DNA from: Octopus sinensis
Lineage: Eukaryota
Direction of reading: 5' to 3'
NCBI RefSeq assembly: GCF_006345805.1
Contig: NC_043002.1
Coordinates: 72,106,001-72,170,000, forward strand
DNA length: 64,000 nucleotides
Positions 23,494 through 36,610 of the stretch are shown piece after piece. The notes under the pieces are model-generated. The model did no database searches. It was not told the origin of the DNA and saw nothing but the letters and a program-made list of their open reading frames with translations. The number at the start of each line of letters is the position of its first letter. Position 1 is the stretch's first letter. The translations under genes and the position numbers were made by a program.

Positions 23494-25325
23494 CTATGAC
23501 TGTTTTCAAAAGTTTTGTCTTCCTCAACACAATCAAGGACATCTTGTGCAGCTGAAGTACGATCTTCTTTTTGAAGCGACCACACACTACTCACTTTTCT
23601 TACAAGCACTGTTACAAGCAGCGGAAGTAAACGGCAACATTATACCCTGGTGTGCATGCGCGACAAATGCCAAAGTCAATCTGTGCCGATTGACTTCATT
23701 CTGCGTTGTTTAACTCCGTTACAATAGCTACAGACCCGATGCATTCTGATCAGACCTCGTACATGTGTGTGTGTCTCTGTGTGTGTGCGTGTACTCGACG
23801 GAATTCTTTCGGTTTCCATCCACCGAATCTACTCATAAAGGTTTAGTCGTACTGGTGGCGATCTAATCGAATGGCCCCCTCCCTACAAAAAATTTCGGGC
23901 CTTGTGCCTTGAGTAGAAAAGAATATTTGATAAACGAATGAATCAGATACGTGACTCGAGAAAAGTTTATACTGTACAGAGTTAGCTGCTCGAGTTGTTG
24001 TCGTTTCCCTGCTGTCTTATTGTTCTTCTTTTTCTTCTTTTTCTTTTTCTTCTTGTAGTTGTGAGAGTAGCTCTTATTTTTAAGGCCAAGGTTCTGATTG
24101 AGCAAATCTATGATTAAAGATTAAAGATTCTCAAATATTGCCTTCTATTTTTAAGCATAGTTTATCTCTGATTACGTTATCCAGTATATCTTCCATTTTT
24201 TACACGGTGGGTGGGAGTTGAGAAACATTTCACTGCTATTTCTAGCATATCAAGTTTCTACTTTAAGGTTTCCATATTGCTTCTGCAATTCTTCACTTGG
24301 TGTCCGTAACCAGGTTAAATATAATCTTGTGGGGAAATATTTTAGTTTAGAAACTAGCAGTCATTATAAAGTTGGTCCGAAACTAAATCGATGTTAATTA
24401 TAAATATTGCAAAGTTATTCACTGAAGTTATTTATTCAGCGATGCCATCTGCACAAAAAACAATAATGAAAATAGTGTTAAAAGAATGTGAGCATCAAAA
24501 ATTCAATTTGAAAAATCTACTCGGTGAAGAAAATGCAATATTATCTTACATAATAGAGGTAGACAACTTCCGGAATGTTTCGATTGTACTTAACCTCCTC
24601 AGCTAACCATATACTTCACCGTACTTACCGAAGTAGTGACGAGTATGCAGAGGAAGTCATGTATTATGCTGTGACGTTTGTATAATACACCTAATCCTCA
24701 ATATATGAAAGCTGTTAGAACAAGCTTAACTATTTGATTATATAACGATCGACGGAAATTATCTTGTGGTTCCACCCGCTTAGTTACGTTTACGTCAGTG
24801 CTAATATACTTACTGCATGAAGACTGGTTTTCTCTACAACGAAGAAGACAAAAACATCAGCTGAATGCTTAAATCTAATCAAAACAAGAGTTATAACTCC
24901 CGGATCTTGATTAATTAAAATTAGAACTACGCATACGCTAATGGTAGGAAAGCATTAACGCAAGCTCTAATTATTAATTAAATCTGTTTTATTATTTAAG
25001 TACGTTAGCACTACTGACTTACCTAATTAATCAATTCTAATATGTAGGTAGAAAGACATGGACTTTGAGGGAAAGAGTTGGTTTCAACGACCCCAAAATT
25101 TGATTGCTACTATACATTTTATCGATTTCGACAGGTTGGAAAGGTAAAATTAGATTGGGAAAGATTTGATCGCTGAACTGACTTAACTAATTGATGATAA
25201 TTAATGATAGCTAATCTCCTAAGAGAGATTTCTAGATCATTTCTTCCTAGGCAGTGAAATGATACGTTCTTTTGAGTGTCGGACAAAATACCTTTTGGTG
25301 CTTGTTCCAGTTCTCTGAGTTTTCC

Positions 25326-25356
<31 letters not shown>

Positions 25357-25529
25357 AAGTTCTGTGTATGTGTATGTGCGAGTGTGTGTGTGCGTGTGTA
25401 TGTGTGAGTGAATAAGTGCCTGTATATTCAAATGCCACCGAGATCGTCTTTGCCTTTCGACCTTTCGGAAAAGATAAATAAGAACCAGTCGAGTACAGAA
25501 ATTGTGTCCTCTTCCTTCTCCTCCACCTC

Positions 25530-25742
25530 CTCTCTCTCTTTCTCTTTCACGCTCTCTCTCTATCTCTTTCTCTCCCTTTCTCCGTCATTCCCTTTTTCCC
25601 GTTACCCCTCTGTCTTCCTCTCTCTCTCTCTCTCTCCGTTTCTTTTTCTCCCTCTCTATCCATTTTCTGTATCTCCTTCCTGTTCTCTTCCTATCTTTCC
25701 CTCCATTTCCCTCTACTTCCCTCTTTCTCCCCCTGTCTTTAG

Positions 25743-25793
<51 letters not shown>

Positions 25794-25805
25794 CCTCCTT
25801 TTCTC
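25530..25805. repeat. CT-rich polypyrimidine tract / (CT)n
   Basis: Direct inspection. Confidence 0.9.
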
Positions 25806-25887
25806 CCTCTATTCCACTCTCATTTTCTTGCTTTCTGTCTTGGAATCGGCTACTTTTAAGAGGCCAAATCAGAAATGTTCACACTAT

Positions 25888-26113
25888 TATTTCTTTATTG
25901 CCCACAGGGGACTAAACATAGAGGGTACAAACAAGGACAGACACACGGATTAAGTCGATTACATCGACCCCAGTGCGTAACTGGTACTTAATTTATCGAC
26001 CCCGAAAGGATGAAAGGCAAAGCCGACCACGGCGGAATTTGAACTCAGAAGGTAACGTCAAACGAAATACCGCTAAGCATTGTTTCTGCTAATGTTTCTG
26101 CCAGCCCGCCACC
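25888..26113 (-). mobile_element. SINE family D with Tx1-like tail
   Basis: Body GGTCGGCTTTGCCTTTCATCCTTTCGGGGTCGAT; tail TTTGTACCCTCTATGTTTAGTCCCCTGTGGGCAATAAAGAAATA. Confidence 0.85.
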
Positions 26114-26744
26114 TTATGGTCTCATTATGATCTCATTATGGTCTCATTATGGTCTCATTAACCCTTTCATCAGGACCACTTTGTGGACGATTAAATAGAA
26201 AAAAAGAAAACAATGGCCGCATCATCAGTTCAGTGCCGACGATAAATTCTCGCAAAGACACCTCACCTGGTTACAGACCGCAGAATTTATTTTCATAGAT
26301 AGAATTTATAATCGAAGTGTCAGGTTATAGGTACCTTGAAATTCTAGATTAAAAGCCCAACAAATGGGGTGACAAAGAAAACAAAAGAAGGACAATAAAT
26401 ATCGCCATTACTCCAAATAGATCTTCAAAAGTCTGTTTAAGTTAACTATGGTAACACTGATATTACGACATTTTTTACTTTCATATGTTAATCTACATAT
26501 CGAAACGTTTATTCCGTCGTGAATAATGGATAATTCAGCACCACGCTTGCCCGGTCATCGATCAATGCACAGACACTTCAACTAGTGTTAAAGTATTACT
26601 CTCATTAAGAGCACATATAATCTATAAATATGGATCGATATATCATGCTCAGCTGTCACTGATATTTATGTAAAAGAAATAAAATGGCAATCGCAGCATA
26701 AAAGCTTAGATATTGACATAAAATACTTTTATATATATATACTC

Positions 26745-26864
26745 TTTCTTCTATTCGCCTGTTCGCTTAGCCAGTGGGGTGGCGTCATTTGAAGGCTAAA
26801 ACAATGCGAGGCGTATTGTGACCAGCGATGTGCAGCAACATCTGATAGCCTGGTCGGTCACGTG

Positions 26865-26865
<1 letters not shown>
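26745..26865 (+). mobile_element. Tail fragment of SINE family C
   Basis: CGCTTAGCCAGTGGGGTGGCGTCATTTGAAGG...GGTCGGTCACGTGA matches 5833-5950 in reverse complement. Confidence 0.75.
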
Positions 26866-26908
<43 letters not shown>

Positions 26909-26920
26909 TCACACACACAC

Positions 26921-26966
<46 letters not shown>

Positions 26967-27059
26967 TTATGTATGTATATTTCATATACACAGAAGCAAG
27001 CCATTAACAGATACATTTATACACAAAGAGGCAAAACATAAACAAGTTGCCTAACACAC

Positions 27060-27360
27060 TAGGAAGAACAGTCAAAAAGTTTAACCACAGTTAAACGCAA
27101 TTTCGAAGCGAATGAAAAATAAAAACATTAACCATGTTTTACAGCTCAGGTTCGAACTTTAATTAGCAAATAAAATAATTTTTCAAGGCGAAGCTCTCAT
27201 CAGCGGATACGCCAAAACATTAATATATAAATTAGAGACCAAATAACACGTGTCTCATCCTTATATATCATAATTTTTCAAATCCACCGTGCAAGCATAA
27301 TTTCAATCGGCAGCAAATAAAAGTTCCGATTAAACTTCGAAAATTGCTAAAATCATTTCT
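27060..27360 (-). mobile_element. Decayed Penelope-like terminal repeat
   Basis: Minus strand TTGGCGTATCCG-CTGATGA-GAGC lies in the same context as the 7.4 and 20.8 kb hammerheads; the 3' half no longer pairs. Confidence 0.5.
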
Positions 27361-27486
27361 TAAGTTTACACAGGGTAGGAAAAAATGTACACTAATTTTT
27401 ATCTGAAAAATATGTCTATTGACTTTGTATACATACTAGGCCACTGGCAGAAAAATTTATATATATATATATATATATATATAAAA

Positions 27487-27764
27487 CGGACCGGGTTGTG
27501 TGTTGTGTTCTTGAGCAAGACACTTAATTTCATGTTACTCCAGTTCACTCAGCTGTAGAAATGAGCTGCGATGTCACTGGTAACAAGCTGCATCGGCCTT
27601 TGCCTTACTCTTAGATAACATCAGCAACGTGAAGAGGGGAGGTTGGTATTTATGGGTGACTGCTGGTCTTCCATAAACAACCTTGCCCGGACTTGTGCCT
27701 GGGCGGAGAACTTTCTAGGTTCGATCCAATTGTCATTCATGACCGAAGGGGCTCTTTACCCTTT

Positions 27765-27765
<1 letters not shown>
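27487..27765 (+). mobile_element. 5'-truncated SINE family B
   Basis: GTGTTGTGTTCTTGAGCAAGACACTT...CATTCATGACCGAAGGGG. Confidence 0.8.
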
Positions 27766-27796
<31 letters not shown>

Positions 27797-27834
27797 TGTA
27801 TGTATGTATGTATGTATGTATGCTTCCATCACTA

Positions 27835-28111
27835 CCTGGTGATTAACACACGCTAAGGACGGGTAACACCCAGAAACTCAAGTCCGTGTGTATCACGTAA
27901 GGCTAGAGATGGGAGCGATGACCTCCCCTCGCAAAAACCAATCGGACATAGAATATATATCGTTAGTCAGCTAGAGGAAATTTTTTCCTGGGACTAGAAA
28001 CATCAGTAGCACTATCCTGTGTAAGACGCCACACTTAGTTGGGCTTACGTGATACACACGGACTTGACTTTCTGAGTAGTTATCCGTCCTCAACGTGTAT
28101 TAATCACCAGG
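27835..28111. mobile_element. MITE-like element with ~65-bp imperfect TIRs
   Basis: CCTGGTGATTAACACACG...CAAGTCCGTGTGTATCACGTAAG / CTTACGTGATACACACGGACTTG...TTAATCACCAGG; no clear TSD. Confidence 0.65.
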
Positions 28112-28273
28112 CGTAGGAGTGGTTGTGTGGTAATTAGCTTGCTTACGAACCACATGGTTCTGGGTTCAGTCCCACTACATGGCATCTTGGGTAAGTGTCT
28201 TCTACTATAGCCTCGGGTCGAACAAAGCCTTGTGAGTGGATTGGTAGACGGAAACTGAAAGAAACCCGTCGTA

Positions 28274-28346
<73 letters not shown>

Positions 28347-28582
28347 GCATATGTATGTGCGTGTGTATGTTGTGTATCTGTGTTTCACCCCACTCCAACA
28401 TCGCCCGACAATTGATGCTGGTGTGTTTACGTCCCCGTAACTTAGCGGTTCGGCAAAAGAGACCGATAGAATAAGTACTTGGCTTACAAAGAATAAGTCC
28501 TGGGGTCGATTTGCTCAACTAAAGGCGGTGCTGCAGCATGGCCACAGTCCAATGACTGAAACACGTAAAAAAGTAAAAGAGA
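28110..28582 (+). mobile_element. Full-length CORE-like SINE (family A) with internal (TA)n
   Basis: GGCGTAGGAGTGGTTGTGTGG...GGCATCTTGGGTAAGTGTCTTCTACTATAGCCTCGGG...(TA)n...GGCGGTGCTGCAGCATGGCCACAG. Confidence 0.88.
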
Positions 28583-29430
28583 TATACATATATGTGTGTA
28601 TATGTATGTCTGTATGTATGCATGCATGTATGCATGCATGTATGCATGTATGCATGACTGTATGTTTGTATTTATATGTGTGTATATGTATGTCGGGTTT
28701 CTTTTAGTTTCCATCTACCAATTCTACCAAATCCACCTACACCTATGCGGCTATAGTGGAAAACACTGCTATCAGTGAGACTTTACACAGAACCACGTGG
28801 TTGCAAAGAAATGTTCTTAATCACACAACCATGTGTGTGTGTGTTTGTGTGTGCGCGTGCGTGCTTTGAGTGTGTATGTATGTATGTACAATCGTCGAGT
28901 CTATGTGAAAAGGTACATAATAGATACAAATAGATTAGTATTGAGACCAGATCGATGCTAAACATCAACCTAAATTCCAACATCAAATGATAGAAGACGT
29001 AATTCAAAAAACACTAAAATATTAGAGGAGCAGGTAGTAGTTAATGGCATCAAAGTGCTTATAAATAAGCCATACAAATATGTATATAAATATAATTAAG
29101 CAGCATTTCATAATTAATTGATCCATATAAAACGGACTCCACTTCAAAAGCCTTAATCAAATCTAGACTGTGAAGCAAGATAATTGCGTAAGTTCTCTTT
29201 CCGTTCTTCTTTTTTGCTTCACTCTCTTTCTCTCCTACATGTAAGCTCCAATGTCCTCTTTTTAGCAAAGTCTTCTCTCCCTTTCTTTCTCTCTCTTCCC
29301 TTTCTCTCTATTTCTCTCCTTCTCGCTATCCTTCTCTCTCTCCTCTCCCTCTCTCACTGTCTCTTAAACTACAAGCATGTAGCATCTTTCATGGGTTTTT
29401 CTCTAATACGCAAATTTTCATTTGGTTGGT

Positions 29431-29586
29431 TCGACCCCAGGACTTATTCTTTGTAAGCCTAGTACTTATTCTATCGGTCTCTTGTGCCGAACCGCTAAGT
29501 TACGAGGATGTAAACACACCAGCATCGGTTGTCGAGCGATGCTGATATGAGGACAAACACAGATACACAAACATATACACATGCAC

Positions 29587-29678
<92 letters not shown>

Positions 29679-29712
29679 GACGAGCTTCTTTCAGTTTCCG
29701 TCGACCAAAGTC
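29431..29712 (-). mobile_element. Partial SINE family A
   Basis: CGACCCCAGGACTTATTCTTTGTAAGCC...(TA)n...TTTCAGTTTCCGTC. Confidence 0.8.
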
Positions 29713-29780
29713 ATGCTGGGGTTTTTTAAGTCATATTCATTCTTTCTTACCTTCTCTCTCTTTCTATCTTTCTTTCATAT

Positions 29781-30201
29781 CTATTTCTTTACTACTCACA
29801 AGGGGCTAAACACAGAGGGGACGGACAAGGACAGAGAAACGGATTAAGTCGATTGTATTGACCCCAGTGCGTACCTGGTACTTATTTAATCGACCCCGAA
29901 AGGATAAAAGGCAAAGTTGACCTCGGTGGAATTTGAACTCAGAACGTAACGACAGACGAAATACCTATTTCTTTACTACCCACAAGGGGCTAAACACAGA
30001 GGAGACACACAAGGACAGACAAACGGATTAAGTCGATTATATCGACCCCAGTGCGTAGCTGGTCGACCCCGAAAGGATGAAAGGCAAAGTCGACCTCGGC
30101 AGAATTTGAACTCAGAACGTAACGACAGACAAAATACCTATTTCTTTACTACCCACAAGGGGCTAAAGACAGCGTGCTAACGTTTCTGCCAGCTCGCCGC
30201 C
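29781..30201 (-). mobile_element. Tandem array of SINE family D units
   Basis: Junction GAAATAC|CTATTTC at 29964/5 and 30137/8; periods 184 and 173 bp; a single head at 30170-30201. Confidence 0.9.
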
Positions 30202-30773
30202 TTTCTTTCTTTCTTTCATATCTTACACTGCTTCGTGCATCTGTGTGTGCATGTATGCGTCTGTGTGTATCTGTATGTGTGTGCCTGTAAGTGTGGGTTG
30301 TAAATTGGTGTGGTAAAGATGACTCTTTCAACGTGCCGGATTTTAACACGCCTGAATGTCATAGACAAGCGGATTAAATCACCCCAAAACCCATTCAGGA
30401 ATGATAGACGTCAATGTTTCACAATTTTTGTGTCTTATCAACATCACGTACCCGAACCAAGTCAGCAGTGAATAGACCGCCTGTCCACGACGTATATGTC
30501 TATAGCGAGGAAAGTATGTACATATATACGTGTGTGTGTGTGTGTGTGTATAAAAGGCTAGCAATACCTGGATACAACTGCCGGATAAGCCACCTATACC
30601 TGGATACAACTCACTCAACAAGAACTCACTACTTCAATGGACCATAAACAAAACTTGACTTAAACAGGATTTAGATAATCCTATCAGGTGGTGCTATTAA
30701 GTTAGACATGGCCTGGACCAATCTTTGGTCGAAACATATCTAATTTTTTATTTATCTAAGTTTTTTATATATA

Positions 30774-30895
<122 letters not shown>

Positions 30896-31485
30896 TCCAG
30901 AGGTCAACAGCAGTCATATTTGAATCATTTTGTCACACGAATCTTCTCTTGCTCTCCATCATGGAAGCCATCGTCATCTCTTTCCTACCTTAAAGCGATA
31001 AAATATATAAAGCACGATGACTGAATAACTTACACCGTCGTCAGCGCGCCTCTTTTGCTCATTACGCTCGACATAATTTCGAACGAGAAGGTACAGTTTT
31101 CATATTTATACATTGACTTTTGTCTCAAACTTCAAACTTCTAAATTTCTTTTATTGGCACAATCGGTAAACTGACGAGAGAAAAATGGTTGCATTATTTA
31201 GTTACGGTCGTTACATTCAGAGTTCAAATCCCGATGATATCAACTTCGCTGTCCATCTTTGCTAAGTTCATGAAATAAACTAGGTGGGACAAGGCTGGCT
31301 CTTTGTATTACAGGTACAACTCACTTTTGCCAATTCAGTGGACTAGAGCAATGTGAAATAAAGTGTCTTGCTCAAGGGCACACTGTGCCACCGGGAATCG
31401 AACACACCACCTTCACTGTGTGTGTATTATTGAACTGGAGAATCAATAGAACTGCGAATAATATAGTATTTAGTTACAGTCCTTT

Positions 31486-31799
31486 GTGAAGGCGCATGGC
31501 TCCGTGGTTAGAGCGTCGAGCTTACGATCGTGAGGTTGTGAGTTCGATTCCCGGACCGGGCTGCGTGTTGTGTTCTTGAGCAAGACACTTTATTTCACGT
31601 TGCTCCAGTTAACTCAGGTGTAGGAATGAGTTGCGACATCACTGGTGCCAAGCTGTATCGGCCTTTGATAACATCAGTGGCTGGTATGCATGGGCGACTG
31701 CTGGCCTTCTATAAACAACCTTGCCCGTTCTTGTGCCTCGGAGGGTAACATTCTAGGCGCAATCCCATGGTCATTCATGACCGAAGGGGAGGTCTCCCC
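31486..31799 (+). mobile_element. Full-length SINE family B with 18-bp TSD
   Basis: GAAGGCGCATGGCTCCGTGGTTAGAGCG...GAGTTCGATTCCC; TSD ATTTAGTTACAGTCCTTT at 31468-31485 and 31800-31817. Confidence 0.92.
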
Positions 31800-33515
31800 A
31801 TTTAGTTACAGTCCTTTACGTTCTGCACTCAATTATCACTAAGGTCAACTCAGCCATTCACCCTTCACTTATTAATGAAGTACAAGTAATTTACAAGGGT
31901 CATTGTAACCAACTATTCTCTTCTCCCGAAATTTGACACCTTGCAGCTGTGTATGAAGTCATTTTAGAGCGTTGCCAATTCTCAGCGATGTGTACCGAGA
32001 GTTTTCAACATGAAACTAATATTAGAAACTTTGTATTCGACGTTGTTCAGTGATTTGTTTTGTTTCTTGTTTCATTGTACCATCTAAAATCATTTTTGTA
32101 TTCTTTCTTCCTTTTATATGTCTAAGACCATTAGGTAAGATATAAACATCGCTACTTTTTAACAGGGTTGCTCTATTAATTTGACACTTTCTGCTTCTAC
32201 GTAGTCGTTTTAATCTTATTCAGTTTATATATATATATATATATGTTTTTGTCAATCTTTCCTAAATGCACGAGACCATATATGTGTACATCTGACAGAA
32301 TATTTCGTTGTCACCAATAATTTCGTCTTGTAGTAGATACAAATGAAATAGATTGATGTGTATGAATTTTGCATGTGCTATCGAATAGCATCAAAGAGCA
32401 TTTCAGCAGAATCGACTGAAAACTATCGATCTCTAAATTTATTTCTTTTGATAGGAATTAGACAAAGATCTGCAATCCGATTGAAATAGGAAGAATTTAA
32501 TATTGTGCATGAGTGTAAGTCAGAGATAGTCGTCAGTGTAAGTCAATGAAAGTCCATCGGCTAATAGCTTTCATAGAGAAGTTGATGGATAGGTTTCTGG
32601 TTATAGGATTCTATCTATGGATGAAATTTATTCTAAAAGGCCAAAGGATAGGAAATGAAAGGACGAATTTAACACAGCTGAGAAGACATTCCTAAAAGGT
32701 CAATTTAAGAATGCACAAATTTCAAATGAATATTTTCGATATTCTGTTCTTTCTTTCGATTACAGGTTTTCGTCATTGGAATACAACCATGCTGGCGGTT
32801 CGCCTTTAAGGGATTTAATTGGTTATATCGATCCGGATACTCTGTTTGGCACTTATTTTACCGAATTAGTTTGGGGAAAAAGTTGATCTGGTTGTATATG
32901 GGATTTCCTGGGATAGAAACAAATATTATTATGCACTTATGTCCGATACAAATTCCTAATAATCTGCGCCTATTTATATATATTTATCTTTCTGTTTGTC
33001 CATCTATGTATGTGTGTGTGTCTGTGTGTGTGTGTGCGTGCGTGTGGGGGCCTCCAGCACTGTTTTGTCACCCAAAATTTAATCGTACAGCTTTAATCAA
33101 CCGGAGACTATAATACAACACTTTTACCCAAGATGATGCCGACCTGTAAACTGCTCGATTACGAAGCGAACTTTTTTACTAGACAGCCGTGATCCACTAA
33201 CACTATCGACCGGATTAACACCAACAATTGACCCTTGGGTGTCTTTAAAGAAAAACTCTTTTGCAGACATTCGAGAAAAGTACCTGGTCTGCTAAGCACA
33301 GTTTCTTGAACGTATCCGGTTCCAAATTAATTCACAATGTGTTAGACGACTCGGGTTTACAGTTGTAAACGCTTGTTCCATTTGCAGCGCAATAAATCTG
33401 AACCCTAAATCACATGATTTCGAAGCGAACTTTCTATCCACGCAGCTATCCCTGTACCCAAATATAATATAAAGCAAGACCAATAACAATCGTGTTTAAT
33501 TTTGCGTATGTTTAA

Positions 33516-34070
33516 GGCGGCGAGCAGGCAGAAATCATTAGCACGCCGGACGAAATAAGTGGCGGTATTTCGTCTGCCGCTACGTTCTGAGTTCAAATTC
33601 CGCCGAGGTCGACTTTGCCTTTCATCCTTTTGGGATCGATTAAATAATTACCAGTTACGCACTGGGGTCGATATAATCGACTTAATCCGTTTGTCTGTCC
33701 TTGTTTGTCCTCTCTGTGTTCAGCCCCTTGTGAGCAGTAAATAAATAGGTATTTCGTCTGCCGCTACGTTCTGAGTTCAAATTCCGCCGAGGTCGACTTT
33801 GCTTTTCATCCTTTCGGGGTCGATAAATTAAGTACTAGTTACGCACTGGGGTCGATATAATCGACTTGATCCGTTTGTTCTCTCTATGTTTAGCCCCTTG
33901 TGGGTAGTAAAGAAATAGGTATTTGTTCCGTGTCTTAAGTACGTTCTGAGTTCAAATCCCGCTGAAGTCAAATTTGCCTTTCACCCCTTAGAAGTCAATA
34001 AAACAAATTACCAGTCAAGTATTAAGGTCGACGTAATCAACTCGCTCCCTTCTCTCAAGATTGCTGGCAT
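33516..34070 (+). mobile_element. SINE family D array: head + two Tx1-tailed units + older-tailed remainder
   Basis: GTATTT unit starts at 33565, 33749 and 33919. Confidence 0.9.
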
Positions 34071-34568
34071 TGGACCCTGCAACGGACCAATGTCTTGTTG
34101 AGAGGAATGCTGGGATCTCGGTCAGTTATGCGTTATGGAAGCTGGGAAGTTGGACGTATGTGTTCTGAGGCTACAGAAAAAAAAAACTATCAGAAAACCG
34201 TTGAAAACTGAAGTATACTGAATAGGAAGATAAAAGGGAAAGAAATTTAGATATCACATAAATGTTTTGGACTCGTTATATAGAATGGAGGAAAGCATAT
34301 GAAAATGGACCAAGTAATAAAGTTCTGCTTTTACATTCATATGAAAATAGAAGTTGGACGATATTAGAGTATGCGAAATAAACATTAAACTATATGAAAA
34401 GCTGTCTATACGTGCAATGTAATAAAATAAACGTGATATTAAAAGATATTTAGGAAATACAAAAAGTTCTATGATTAAATAACTGCGAATTTATATTTGG
34501 GTCTGTGTGTATGTTTGTGTGTATCATCTCTCTTTCTTTCTATCTCTCTTTCTCTCTCTCTCTCTCCC

Positions 34569-34600
<32 letters not shown>

Positions 34601-34648
34601 TACGTACATATGTACATATGTGTATATAAACATACATAAGTGTGTGTG

Positions 34649-34682
<34 letters not shown>

Positions 34683-35116
34683 TGTATGTATGTATGTATC
34701 ACACATGCTTACATTTGTGTGTTTATGTCCGTTGTCTAGACATTGTTGCTATATTGGTTATTTTCAAACATCAGGCAACATTGTGTGTATTGTATTTCAG
34801 CTGAATTATGAAAATTGTTCGTCAGACATGTTTAGAAATAAAAATATATTAATTGAAGCAAAGACGAAACCTAGGAACTCCACAAAAAAATTAATTAAAA
34901 TTGAAATTAGTTATTTCTTTTACAGAGGCACACACATTGCTAGACGAACAACAATCGTGATATTTTTTCTTGCTCTGCTACTACACAAGGCATTCCTCAT
35001 TCTCCTCTACAGATTTTTAATTTTTAAAAAACATACACACGTACGGGCACATACACACATCCTCATATATATATATGCATCAAATGAAATAAAAAAAACA
35101 GAACACAAAGGATATA

Positions 35117-35208
35117 ACGGTACACGTGTTTCAAGCTTTATAAAACAACCTATTCTTACATCAATGTGTAATCGACATAAAAGATGGTTTAAAGCTCTCT
35201 TCAGCCGC
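35117..35208 (-). ncRNA. Type I hammerhead
   Basis: GCGG-CTGAAGA-GAGCTTT...AAAGCTT-GAAA-CACGTG-TA-CCGT. Confidence 0.8.
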
Positions 35209-35539
35209 ATGCACTCGCTATACCAAAGAATTACATCACATTATGAAATTAGGAAAAATCCGAAAATGTACATTTGGTATTATCTATAATTGTGGGTATA
35301 TTGAGTTTCACTGAGAAAGTATGTTTGTAAATCTTCATAATCAAATATGTGTGTAGGGTACCATTGGACTTCAAAAATCCGTCCATACTCTATCATCAGT
35401 CAACAAAGTAGGTTTGATTACAAACATACTTTCTCAGTGAAACTCAATATACCCAGCATTATAGATAATACCAAATGTACATTTTCGGATTTTTCATAAT
35501 TTCATAATGTGATGTAATTCTTTGGTATAGCAAGTGCAT

Positions 35540-35631
35540 GCGGCTGAAGAGAGCTTTAAACCATCTGTTATGTCGATTACACATTGATGTAAGAATAGAT
35601 TGTTTTATAAAGCTTGAAACACGTGTACCGC
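35540..35631 (+). ncRNA. Type I hammerhead
   Basis: GCGG-CTGAAGA-GAGCTTTA...TAAAGCTT-GAAA-CACGTG-TA-CCGC; long stem II, GUA triplet. Confidence 0.85.
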
Positions 35632-35752
35632 GACATCCTTTGTGTTCTGTTTTTTTTATTTTATTTGATTTATATACCCTCTCACCTCTGCTACTAGCTG
35701 GCATATACAGGTGCTTACACTTATCAAGTATTCACCCTGAATTTATTGTACC

Positions 35753-35857
<105 letters not shown>

Positions 35858-36184
35858 ATATATCACTTATTCATAGATACTCAAAAGCTGAATTTTCACC
35901 ACTGGATTTTACTGGATTTTTACCACGAGAAAGGAACCCTGAGGAAGGAAATGTCTTTATACAGTGAGCTGAATGTGGACTAATTCCTACAGCCCCTTAA
36001 AACTCTTCTCAAACGGCCGCAGGTTTGGTCTGATCCTTTCAATCGCCTCCTTTAATATATTTTCTACTTTCATAATACCCCTTATGTATAATATAGATAT
36101 GCGGTTATTTGAATGGAATAATACTTCATGTCATACATCTGAATTATGAAGTTGCTTGTCTGAATTTTGTTTATCTGAAATTTT

Positions 36185-36339
36185 GTAGCTTGCTTACGAA
36201 CCATATGTTTCCGGGTTCAGTTCCACTGCGTGGCACCTTGGGCAAGTGTCTTCTACTATCGCCTCGGGCCGACCAAAGCCTTGTGAGTGGATTTGGTAGA
36301 CGGAAACTGAAAGGAGCCCGTCGTATGTATATATATATA

Positions 36340-36414
<75 letters not shown>

Positions 36415-36610
36415 CATGTATGTGTGTGTGTGTGTTTGTGTATCCGTGTTTGTCCCCCCAACATCGCTCGACAACCGATGCTGGTGTGTTTACACCCCCG
36501 TAACTAAGCGGTTCGGCAAAAGGGACCGATAGAATAAGTCCTGGGGTCGATTTGCTCGACTAAAAGCGGTGCTCCAGCACATGACTGAAACAAGTAAAAG
36601 AGTAAAGGAG
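36185..36610 (+). mobile_element. SINE family A
   Basis: GGCACCTTGGGCAAGTGTCTTCTACTATCGCCTCGGG core; internal (TA)n. Confidence 0.85.

Larger units (their letters stand above)
35080..35669. repeat. ~250-bp inverted repeat (87-bp spacer), each arm carrying a hammerhead
   Basis: Arms 35080-35330 and 35418-35669, about 95% identical by eye. Confidence 0.95.

Noticed and set aside
24391-25260. 71-aa ORF, a 40-nt AG...GTAAGT micro-exon candidate (24629-24668, -) and clustered TAATTA motifs
   Set aside because: All are expected by chance in AT-rich DNA; no supporting homology.
26160-26235. Two minus-strand CTGATGA motifs (similar partial hits at ~22430, ~34820, ~35938)
   Set aside because: No matching stem I/III or UH site.
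29781-30201. Regularly spaced repeats as a CRISPR array
   Set aside because: Units are 170-184-bp SINE bodies without unique spacers; eukaryotic context with no cas genes.
31486-31560. tRNA-like sequences (also 6070-6137, 9430-9500, 43690-43760)
   Set aside because: They run directly into SINE bodies with tails or TSDs and lack a proper acceptor stem; SINE heads, not tRNA genes.
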